Source of the DNA: an uncultured Fibrobacterota bacterium
Lineage (GTDB): Bacteria; Fibrobacterota; Chitinivibrionia; Chitinivibrionales; FEN-1185
Length of the DNA stretch: 64,000 bases
Reading direction: 5' to 3'
Assembly (NCBI GenBank): GCA_963729895.1
Contig: CAVSQB010000016.1
Span: forward strand, 86,734 to 150,733
Shown: positions 56,592-64,000 of the stretch, in pieces
How the letters are laid out: the number at the start of each line of letters is the position of its first letter
Position numbering within the stretch: position 1 is the first letter of the stretch
Position numbers and translations under genes: made by a program
Notes under the pieces: model-generated
What the model saw: only the letters and a program-made list of their open reading frames with translations
The model's database searches: none
What the model was told of the DNA's origin: nothing

Positions 56592-57923
56592 TTAGTAAAA
56601 ACTTTCCGGCAACAGATGATTGCTGCTGTCGGTCAGGAATTTGTACTGCGCGTCCGCCCAGATCTTGTAACCACGCGGATTAAAATGAATGTCGTCCGCG
56701 TAGTAATAACGTGTTTGAGGAGTACCGGTCACAAGCGGCCTGAGGTCCTTAAAGGCATCGTGGTATGGAACGCCCATCCGTCGTGCGAGTGCCGCGATTT
56801 CGGCATGCGGCCTGCCGGAAAAACTCGGTTTCCCTTTTCCCGACGCGTCGCCGTTGTACTGCTCATAATGCGGCACCGAGGTGAGCATGAGCTTGATACG
56901 CTTCGACCGGCAGAACACGCAGATGCGCCGGATGCAGTCCAGCGTGGCAGTCACCTGCGCGGCGGTGACACTGTCCCAGGGCTCGTGACACCATTGAAAT
57001 CGCCCATAAAGGCGGTGCTGCAAACTGTCTTTCGATGCTGCCGCGGCGGCCTTTGAAGTCTCGCCGCGGGAACCAAGCTGCGGCGACCCCATTCTCGATC
57101 GAACCGCATTCCGGACAAAGTTGTACAACGACGAAAACTCGTACAGAAAGCATTCTGCTTTGGCAAGAGGTGTCGCAGGAAATGGCCCGCGGCGTTCGAC
57201 CGGCGCAGGCCGTATTCCAAAGTCGATGTTTGTCGGCACGGCCCAGGGGTTCCCCGCCTCGTCAACAAGGGCCCGGCGTCCGTAGCTCCGATCTTCCGAG
57301 TCGTCGGTCATGTCCACCGACACGATGATCAGGTCGGGCCGGTACGCGCAAAGCCGGTAGCGAATGACAATGTAATAGAGAATGGGAGAGTATCCGCGCG
57401 TGCCGGTATTGATTACTTCGATGTGCACGTTCTTGCCCCCTGCGACATCGGCAATCCGATTCCCGATCAGGCCGGGAACCGACTGATCGCGCGGGCATGT
57501 CCCTTCTGTAAAGGAATCCCCGACGTAAAAGATCCGAAACGTCCCTTTCGGCGCGCGCACGGGGACGTCCCTGGCTTCCCGCCAACCCTGGGCGTTGAAT
57601 TTGCAGGTATACGATTCGGGGAAATCGGGGTTACTGCGGGCAAAGTCCTCCTCCACAATTCTGCTGTTGGGCTCGTAGACGTGGTGCAGGCGCCAGGACG
57701 CCCCCTGGACGTGCACAGGCTTTCCTACCGCCAGGCGAACCGTTAATTCCGAAAGAGCAACCAAAACGACAAAGGCCAGGCACACTGCGGCGGCCGCCAA
57801 AACTGCCTTCGAGACCCTACGTATGGGCGTCATCACGATTGCCTTTGTTCGAATAACGCGGTTCACACAAGAAAGAACCGCGACGGCCTGTGGTTCCAAA
57901 CGGAGCCGGCTCCGTGCCTTCAC
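56592..57923 (-). CDS. Membrane-anchored SGNH/GDSL hydrolase-family protein
   Basis: VGDSFTEG, VINTG..GYS and DIHFN..G. GTG start overlaps the upstream stop; ATG at 57833 is an alternative. Confidence 0.85.
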   Translation of the reverse strand: MKARSRLRLEPQAVAVLSCVNRVIRTKAIVMTPIRRVSKAVLAAAAVCLAFVVLVALSELTVRLAVGKPVHVQGASWRLHHVYEPNSRIVEEDFARSNPDFPESYTCKFNAQGWREARDVPVRAPKGTFRIFYVGDSFTEGTCPRDQSVPGLIGNRIADVAGGKNVHIEVINTGTRGYSPILYYIVIRYRLCAYRPDLIIVSVDMTDDSEDRSYGRRALVDEAGNPWAVPTNIDFGIRPAPVERRGPFPATPLAKAECFLYEFSSLYNFVRNAVRSRMGSPQLGSRGETSKAAAAASKDSLQHRLYGRFQWCHEPWDSVTAAQVTATLDCIRRICVFCRSKRIKLMLTSVPHYEQYNGDASGKGKPSFSGRPHAEIAALARRMGVPYHDAFKDLRPLVTGTPQTRYYYADDIHFNPRGYKIWADAQYKFLTDSSNHLLPESFY

Positions 57924-59077
57924 GTATCAACAGCTCGAGACACCGGCACTACTCGTGCGTGCCGCAAACGACTCTCCCGATACCTGTCGAGCGGCTTGAT
58001 GATTGCAAAATACAGCGCCGCGGCCGCCCCTACTGAAGCAACCATGCTCCACATAGTCAAGGCCACAACGTCGGCATGCAACCGTGTCAAGAGAACACGA
58101 AGCAACTGGATCACAATGAAATGCACGAGGTAGACCGGATAGGAGAGTTCCCCGACGAAACGGTCGAACACACTGTTTTTGGAGAACATGAACACAACAG
58201 GCATCAAGAGCGCCAGCGCCGCGTAGGTGACAAAGACGAAATAACGGTAACTCGCCACGCTCGATCCCGCCAGCATGCGCCGGTTGCAAGTCACGAAAAT
58301 GGTGAGGAAAAGGATTTCCACCGCGATCACCAGGAGGCCGCTGCGTTTCCTTGAAACAAGTGAAAACCGTTTCTGTCCGTCAAGTTTCAGGTACAACCGG
58401 CAGGAAACCATCCCGAGAGCGAAAAGGCCGACTTCAAAGACGAAGAACCGGTACATCCAGGGGTCGTAGGCAAGACCCAGCCACTCGTACCCCGCAATGC
58501 GCAACATCATCGCGCCGGCGATTGTAACCAGCAGCCAGGGCGTTCTCACCTTGTGAAGCAACGGCACGCAGAGATAAAACAGCAGCTCCACGCTCACCGA
58601 CCAGCATTGCGGAATCAGAAGATAGCGGTGCAGCGGGTCGTGAACTCTTCCCATGCTGACAACGAGCGAAACCCCCTTGCCCGCTTCATCCTGGATAAAC
58701 GACACCGCATCCTGAAGAAAGAGGGTGATATTCGAAATCGCCGCGAAACAAATGCCGAAAATCCCGTTTCTTCCTGTTTGTCCGTCAAAGTACGGCTTCA
58801 TGGCGAGTGCGTCGCCGAACGCCGCACGGCACACCATGCTCACCAGGACAACGAGAAGCAGGCAGGTCCAGTAGGGAACAAAAATTCTCAGGAACCGGTT
58901 GGAGTAAAACGAGTAGGTGTTCGTGTACTTCCGGGTGAGGATAAGCTCCATATAGAACCCGGAAATAAGGAAAAAGACCTGCACTGCCTGCAGCGGGTCG
59001 AGCCACGCGAACGGGGCATAATGGCGCGAATGGGCCACCACAATGCAAAGGGCAAGGTACAGACGCAACATCCCCAT
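57920..59077 (-). CDS. Acyltransferase family 3 (OafA-like membrane O-acyltransferase)
   Basis: LRLYLA..VVAH, AVQVFFLISGF, NRFLRIF, WSVSVELLFY and GELSYPVYLVH. Confidence 0.9.
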   Translation of the reverse strand: MGMLRLYLALCIVVAHSRHYAPFAWLDPLQAVQVFFLISGFYMELILTRKYTNTYSFYSNRFLRIFVPYWTCLLLVVLVSMVCRAAFGDALAMKPYFDGQTGRNGIFGICFAAISNITLFLQDAVSFIQDEAGKGVSLVVSMGRVHDPLHRYLLIPQCWSVSVELLFYLCVPLLHKVRTPWLLVTIAGAMMLRIAGYEWLGLAYDPWMYRFFVFEVGLFALGMVSCRLYLKLDGQKRFSLVSRKRSGLLVIAVEILFLTIFVTCNRRMLAGSSVASYRYFVFVTYAALALLMPVVFMFSKNSVFDRFVGELSYPVYLVHFIVIQLLRVLLTRLHADVVALTMWSMVASVGAAAALYFAIIKPLDRYRESRLRHARVVPVSRAVDT

Positions 59078-59181
59078 GGTCGGTCCTTTGACTGCGGTGC
59101 CGCGCCGGCGCCGGGAACCTTTTCCGGAAGATCAGGAACTCACCTGCGGATGCACGCGGGGCCCCCCGGTGCCCCGCGTTT

Positions 59182-60363
59182 CTATCGCGGCCGCGTCCGC
59201 CGGACCCGCTTTCCCGCTGCGCAGTACTCTTCCGCAAGTTCGATCACCGGCACCCCGGTCTTCCCGCTGATCCTTGCCAGCGCCTCGTATTCCGGCTTTG
59301 TAAACGAATGCCCCTTGTACGAGCACTGTTTTTCCTCGATTGTCTCGCTCCGTAACGTGCCCGCGGCCGTTTTCCTCTCTGCAACGACACGGTCGTCCTC
59401 GCGCACGCGAACGCCGAGCGTGCGGGAGTGAATCAGGATGGTGTCGACCATCGCCTGCCGTTTGTCCGGCGCACACAGGACGGTGAGCCGGAAGCCGGGT
59501 CTGCCCTTTTTCATGAACACGGGCGTCCAGGAGGCGTCGAGCGCGCCTTCGCGCATGAGCCTCGCGGCGACGTCGCCCATGATTTCCCCCGAAATGTGGT
59601 CCATGTCCGACTCGATGACCGCAACGCGGCGGCCCGGATCAGGCCCGCCTTTGTCAAGAAGAAAGACGCGAAGCACGTTGGGCGTGTCCTCAAAGGACTT
59701 ATCGCCGCAGCCGTATCCCGTTTTGAGCACCGTTCCGCTGACCCCGGTTCTTGCCTGGGTCCCGAGGGCGGTGAGCACGGCGCACCCGGTGGGCGTGAGC
59801 AGCTCTCCGGATATGTCGAGAATCCGCATCTCAAAGCCCTGGGCCATGGCGGCAACTGCCGGCACCGGAATCGGCATCCGGCCGTGCTGGGTGGTCACGG
59901 CGCCGCGCCCGTCGGTGAGGGCCGAAAAAAACACGGCGTCAACGCCGAGATAATCGAGCGCGAGGCAAATACCGGCGACGTCAACGATGGTGTCCACCGC
60001 GCCTACCTCGTGAAAATGGACTTTTTCGAGGGGCATGTCGTGTACTTTTGCCTCGGCCTTGCCAAGCCGCATGAGCACGGCCTCACACTGCGAATACACG
60101 CTTTTCTTGTAGTTTGCCTTTTTGATCATGGCAAGGATCTGATGAATGTGGCGGTACGAGCGGGGAGTTTCCCATTTCATCACGAGATGCGAAGCGGCAA
60201 TTCCGCTGCGCTTCTGCTTCTCAACATCAAATGTGAAGCCCGGGATCTTGAGCCTGGCGAGTTCCCTGCGAAGATAGTCCGCCGGAACGCCGATATCAAC
60301 CAATGCCGACAGGATCATGTCGCCGCTGGCGCCGGACACGAGGTCGAAATACAGAGCTTTCAT
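59182..60363 (-). CDS. larC: Nickel pincer cofactor biosynthesis protein LarC
   Basis: LYFD..SGASGDM, VHFHEVGAVDTIVD, GELLTPTG, MKKGRPG, TLGVR and KPEYE. Confidence 0.93.
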   Translation of the reverse strand: MKALYFDLVSGASGDMILSALVDIGVPADYLRRELARLKIPGFTFDVEKQKRSGIAASHLVMKWETPRSYRHIHQILAMIKKANYKKSVYSQCEAVLMRLGKAEAKVHDMPLEKVHFHEVGAVDTIVDVAGICLALDYLGVDAVFFSALTDGRGAVTTQHGRMPIPVPAVAAMAQGFEMRILDISGELLTPTGCAVLTALGTQARTGVSGTVLKTGYGCGDKSFEDTPNVLRVFLLDKGGPDPGRRVAVIESDMDHISGEIMGDVAARLMREGALDASWTPVFMKKGRPGFRLTVLCAPDKRQAMVDTILIHSRTLGVRVREDDRVVAERKTAAGTLRSETIEEKQCSYKGHSFTKPEYEALARISGKTGVPVIELAEEYCAAGKRVRRTRPR

Positions 60364-60405
60364 CGAAAATCCTTTGCGGTTGTTCGCCGGTGGATTGTGT
60401 GCAAA

Positions 60406-61212
60406 TCAGATTTCTTTACGCTGGAACGCAAGCGCCAGGCCCGATGCCGCCAGGAACACGTATACGGTCATGACGATAAGAGGGTGGACCGGACCTATCG
60501 AATGAAAATCCCCGCCCTTGATAAGAGAAACTGCATAGTACTGCAACGAGCACACCTTGGGCCAGGCCATGGCCCAAGGCGGCGCATGAATCGGCTGGTG
60601 CGCCATCACCGACTGGACAAGGTTGCTTTGCGCGGCGTGGAACACGGAGTCGGCAATGAAGCTGATTCCCGCCACAACGACTCCGGCGAATGCCGCGGCG
60701 AAATCGGGCATGAACAGCGAGAGAAGGCACACCAGAAGCACAACGAAAAGTACGTTCACCGAACACAGGCACGACGCGGCAAGATACCCCGGCATCGTTC
60801 CGCCGGCGGAAACAAGGGTAATGATGAAAATGGCGAGGTGCAGAACGAACATGAACGCGAACGCCACGAGCCACACCCCGAGCGCCCTGCCGAACGCATA
60901 GGCAATCCTTGAAACGGGTTTGGACAGCATGTACTGGACCGTGCCGTCTTCGCCGTCGCGCCGGAAAAGGTTCATGGACAATATCGTGGCGATGAGAAGC
61001 ACGCCCGCCGCCACGATATGGAATGCAACGATGGAGGCATGCCAGGCCACGGTGACATTGTCGAGCGCCTTGCCGTTTACAACGTAGTTTCCCGAATAGC
61101 AACCGCGCAGCAGCAGCACAAACCCGACGCTCACCCCCAGCAGTACAAAAAAACTTTTCTGGTGAATCAAGTCGTACACGGTGTACTTTGCGATGCAAAG
61201 AAATTTACTCAT
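60406..61212 (-). CDS. ABC-2 type transporter permease
   Basis: Six TM segments, DGEDGTVQYMLSKPVSR, and terminal FQRKEI. Confidence 0.85.
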   Translation of the reverse strand: MSKFLCIAKYTVYDLIHQKSFFVLLGVSVGFVLLLRGCYSGNYVVNGKALDNVTVAWHASIVAFHIVAAGVLLIATILSMNLFRRDGEDGTVQYMLSKPVSRIAYAFGRALGVWLVAFAFMFVLHLAIFIITLVSAGGTMPGYLAASCLCSVNVLFVVLLVCLLSLFMPDFAAAFAGVVVAGISFIADSVFHAAQSNLVQSVMAHQPIHAPPWAMAWPKVCSLQYYAVSLIKGGDFHSIGPVHPLIVMTVYVFLAASGLALAFQRKEI

Positions 61213-61924
61213 GCGCTCCCTCGACGACCCGCACAAACACGTCTTCGAGCGACTCTCCTTGGCCGACGATGTCGGAAAGCGAACCTTTGAGCGCGATTCT
61301 CCCCCGGTTGATGATCGCGACCGTGTCGCAGGTCTTTTCCACTTCGCTTAAGAGGTGCGAATTGAGGATGATGGTGACGCCTTTTTGCCTGAGCCCTTCC
61401 ATGATGCCGCGGACATCCCGGATGCCGAGGGGGTCGAGCCCGTTTACCGGCTCGTCGAGCACGAGGAGCTTCGAACCGGACAGAATGGCCGCGCCGAGTC
61501 CGATACGCTGCAGCATTCCTTTGGAATAGGTCTTCACTCCGGCCCTTTCCTTTCCGGCCATGCCGACGATCTCGAGGACTTCGAATATCTTCCGTCTGGC
61601 GTCGCCGCCTTGCATTCCCGACAATTCGGCCTGGCGATTGAGGTACGCGAAACCGGACAGATGCGGCGGGATCCTGATGTTTTCCGCAAGGTATCCCACG
61701 CCCGCGCGGGCGTCCGGCAATCGGCTCGACACCCCCGCAATGGCGACTCCGCCGCTCGTTGGTTTCACAAAATCAAGCAGCATCTTGATGAGCGTCGTCT
61801 TGCCCGCGCCGTTGGGTCCGAGCAGGGCAAGGAATTCGCCTGCCCGGACAGAAAGGGAAATGTTGTCGACCGCAAGAGCTGCGCTTGACCCGTAACGTTT
61901 TGTGACCGAGGTGAAGGCTATCAT
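61205..61924 (-). CDS. ABC transporter ATP-binding protein
   Basis: GPNGAGKTT, YSKGMLQR, LVLDEP and NSH. Confidence 0.95.
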   Translation of the reverse strand: MIAFTSVTKRYGSSAALAVDNISLSVRAGEFLALLGPNGAGKTTLIKMLLDFVKPTSGGVAIAGVSSRLPDARAGVGYLAENIRIPPHLSGFAYLNRQAELSGMQGGDARRKIFEVLEIVGMAGKERAGVKTYSKGMLQRIGLGAAILSGSKLLVLDEPVNGLDPLGIRDVRGIMEGLRQKGVTIILNSHLLSEVEKTCDTVAIINRGRIALKGSLSDIVGQGESLEDVFVRVVEGAHE

Positions 61925-61946
61925 ACTGAGGTAGAAATATACAATG

Positions 61947-62597
61947 TCATTCGGGCGCAGAGCACAATTGCATGAAATCGTCAATGATATGCGTCGGCTT
62001 TGTCTTAAGCGTCAAAGGATCGTTGTGGCTCCATGCGACGAATGCCGTGTCGATCCCCGCACGAAACCCGCATTCGATGTCGAAATCGGAATCTCCGATC
62101 ATCAGCACGCTTTCTTTGTCGGTAATCTTGAAAAGGGACAGGGCCTCAAGCACCGGGTCCGGCTCAGGTTTGTGCTTCGCGGTGTTTTCCGGCGTGACGA
62201 AAACCTGGAACAAATCGAATATGCCCGTCTCCCGAAGGTACAGCTCCAGCGTGACCATCCTGCGCGAGGTCACCACTCCGCATTGTTTGCCTTTTGCGTG
62301 AAGCACCCGGAGCCCCTCCTGTACCGAAGGAAAAAGACGCAAATAGTGCCGGTAAATTGAAAGCTGGTAGTGCATGTGATCATCCGCGATTGCTGTGAAT
62401 TCTTCGTCCGAAAGCGGGCCCAAATAGGTCTCCATCTGGCGCCTGAGCGTGAGGCCGATGTTTCGCGTCGCAAGGTCCCTGGAAATATCCATGTCGCCGT
62501 ATTTCTTGCACGTGAACACGAAGCATCGATAAATCAGCTCATTCGTGTCGATGAGAGTTCCATCCGCATCAAAAAGATAACACGAATAGTCTTTCAT
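61947..62597 (-). CDS. HAD-IA family phosphatase (PpaX-like)
   Basis: FDADGTLID, VVTS, HKPEPDP and MIGDSDFD. Confidence 0.9.
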   Translation of the reverse strand: MKDYSCYLFDADGTLIDTNELIYRCFVFTCKKYGDMDISRDLATRNIGLTLRRQMETYLGPLSDEEFTAIADDHMHYQLSIYRHYLRLFPSVQEGLRVLHAKGKQCGVVTSRRMVTLELYLRETGIFDLFQVFVTPENTAKHKPEPDPVLEALSLFKITDKESVLMIGDSDFDIECGFRAGIDTAFVAWSHNDPLTLKTKPTHIIDDFMQLCSAPE

Positions 62598-62796
62598 AAT
62601 GCTAAGAAAACTATCTTGTCGACAGGTATTTGAGCGAGAAAAAAATGACCGGAGCCAGGCGTCCCTTTCCATGCGGGCAGCAGTCGGGTTGTTCCAAACG
62701 TCTCACAATCATACATCTGCGTTTGCCTCTTGTTTCATTCTTAAACGCCTCCACAAAGCGACCCCTCAAATTGTGCCAATTTCGCCGCTTTCCGGT

Positions 62797-62812
62797 TGGC
62801 ATACCCCTTGCG
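62797..62812 (+). promoter_or_regulatory. Candidate sigma-54 (-24/-12) promoter
   Basis: TGGCATACCCCTTGCG (GG-N10-GC), about 50 nt upstream of ORF 62862. Confidence 0.7.
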
Positions 62813-62861
62813 GTTATAAGAGAGCGAGAATAAATCAAGAACGAATGACTGGAGGCACATC

Positions 62862-63047
62862 ATGGAAAACAGGAACGTGATTGACAAAAGATCGGTACGG
62901 CTTGAAGACGTTCTCAGGCCGGACTACATACCGTTTCTGGGCGGACGGCCCAAACGGGAAACCGTGATAGGCAAAGAGGATATCATGAATGTGGTAATTG
63001 CGCTCAATACCAGCGCAACCGTTGACGAGTTTCTCGGAAAGATCTGA
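62862..63047 (+). CDS. Small hypothetical protein (61 aa)
   Basis: GGAGG RBS, a promoter just upstream, and a protein-like amphipathic C-terminus (EDIMNVVIALNTSATVDEFLGKI). Confidence 0.65.
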   Translation: MENRNVIDKRSVRLEDVLRPDYIPFLGGRPKRETVIGKEDIMNVVIALNTSATVDEFLGKI

Positions 63048-63160
63048 ATCCCATAGGGAGCGCTAACCCCGAAGCTGCTTCGGGGTTAGCGAGCGACTAT
63101 AGATATGTTTTTTTCCATAGGGATGGAAGATTCCTCGTCCCGCGGGACGAGGTTCTTCAA
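63045..63160 (-). repeat. Palindromic miniature element, copy 3 (complete, 116 bp)
   Basis: Perfect palindrome CCTCGTCCCGCGGGACGAGG and a 15-bp-arm hairpin CGCTAACCCCGAAGC-T-GCTTCGGGGTTAGCG, with TGAA/TTCA ends. Confidence 0.88.
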
Positions 63161-63204
63161 TTGCACTCAACCCAAACCAAAAAAACCTTAACAAGGAGTA
63201 ATGT

Positions 63205-63642
63205 ATGTCCGCACTTATCAGGTACGAAACACCAACAGCCCTGTCCAATCTTTTCGACGATTTCATGGGACCCGGCTTTTTCGACGCGTGGGACAGGGAC
63301 ATTTCACTGGCCACCTATCCACGAGTGGATATTGTCGAAGACAAGGATACGTACCGTATCTCGGCCGACTTGCCCGGCCTCGACAAGAAAGACATTTCGG
63401 TCGAAATCAAGAACGGCGTGCTGGCAATAAGCGGAGAAAAGAAGGAAGAGAAGACAGATCGGGACAAGAACCATTATTATCACTTCGAAAGGAGATTCGG
63501 TTCGTTCCGCAGGGAGTTTGCCCTGCCCGACCACGTTGACGGCGAGCATGTTGACGCACGATACGCCAACGGCGTTCTTGAACTGACTCTCAGGAAAACA
63601 GAGGCTGCAAAACCGAGGGCCATCGAAGTTAAAGTGGAGTGA
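63205..63642 (+). CDS. Hsp20/alpha-crystallin small heat-shock protein
   Basis: PRVDIVE, ADLPGL.K.DI, ERRFGSFRR.F.LP and A.YANGVLEL.L.K. Confidence 0.95.
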   Translation: MSALIRYETPTALSNLFDDFMGPGFFDAWDRDISLATYPRVDIVEDKDTYRISADLPGLDKKDISVEIKNGVLAISGEKKEEKTDRDKNHYYHFERRFGSFRREFALPDHVDGEHVDARYANGVLELTLRKTEAAKPRAIEVKVE

Positions 63643-63670
63643 GAAAGTAACCCTTTTTGTCAGAACCATG

Positions 63671-63705
63671 GGAACGGCCGCAGAATAGTGCGGCCGTTCC
63701 TTTTT
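63671..63705 (+). terminator. Intrinsic terminator after hsp20
   Basis: GGAACGGCCGCA-GAATAG-TGCGGCCGTTCC followed by TTTTT. Confidence 0.85.
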
Positions 63706-63746
63706 GTAGGAAATTCCACATATGGAAGGGCCTCGCCGGCCCTTAG

Positions 63747-64000
63747 CAGGGTGTTGAAAAAGTCTCCCTTTTGTAAACATTTATCCTTATATTATAGGGG
63801 AACCCCAACCAAGGAGTATTGATGAGAGGTTCCCAGCCAGCCCAAGGCGGTATGTTCAGCTTCGTTTCTCCGGATTCCCGAGTGCCGGCAACGCACCCGC
63901 TTCGTCGTGTCAAACAGTTTACGGACATAGCGCTGCGCCGCCTTTCTCGTGACTTTGAGGCGATGTACAGCCGGATGGGACGCCCTTCGATACCGCCGGA
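63747..64000 (+). mobile_element. Left end of an IS5-family element, truncated by the window
   Basis: CAGGGTGTTGAAAAAG end sequence after TTAG. Transposase ORF from ATG 63822 (AGGAG RBS): MRGSQPAQGGMFSFVSPDSRVPATHPLRRVK...MYSRMGRPSIPP. It is absent from the ORF track. Confidence 0.85.

Noticed and set aside
7890..63160. Dispersed palindromes as a CRISPR array
   Set aside because: There is no tandem repeat-spacer periodicity and no cas genes. The RecB nuclease is part of RecBCD, not Cas4.
63063..63314. Short ORFs crossing the miniature elements (also 7799-8077 and 43899-44300)
   Set aside because: Their similarity to one another comes from the DNA repeat itself. They are probably spurious.

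Overview
A GC-rich bacterial chromosomal window. Gene content loosely suggests Fibrobacterota/Chitinivibrionia, but that is inference only. In order: an ExbB / ExbB-ExbD fusion / TonB / TPR cluster; arsC next to a complete IS1182; YncE-like and small exported proteins; recC-recB-recD; a two-component and sigma-54 signalling island with two degenerate ferritin-like genes; SDR and DUF1259 genes; a glgC-glgM(glgA)-glgE alpha-glucan operon; a tightly coupled minus-strand operon (fused E1alpha/beta 2-oxoacid dehydrogenase, lipoyl-domain::KAS III fusion, radC, TonB-dependent receptor, aryl-CoA ligase); scattered aryl-polyene/flexirubin-like genes; an ECF sigma/FecR pair flanked by two paralogous exported proteins with Sm/Hfq-like C-termini; metK, O-acylation genes, larC, an ABC transporter, a HAD phosphatase, hsp20 and the start of an IS5-family element. 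The best candidate for a novel system is the E1alpha-beta plus lipoyl-FabH pair, in which a KAS III appears to replace the E2 acyltransferase core. Other highlights: the exported Sm-like paralogues, five -24/-12 promoters, a 116-bp two-hairpin element in three copies, and a small gene broken by one in-frame TGA. All annotations come from reading motifs by eye; no database searches were run.
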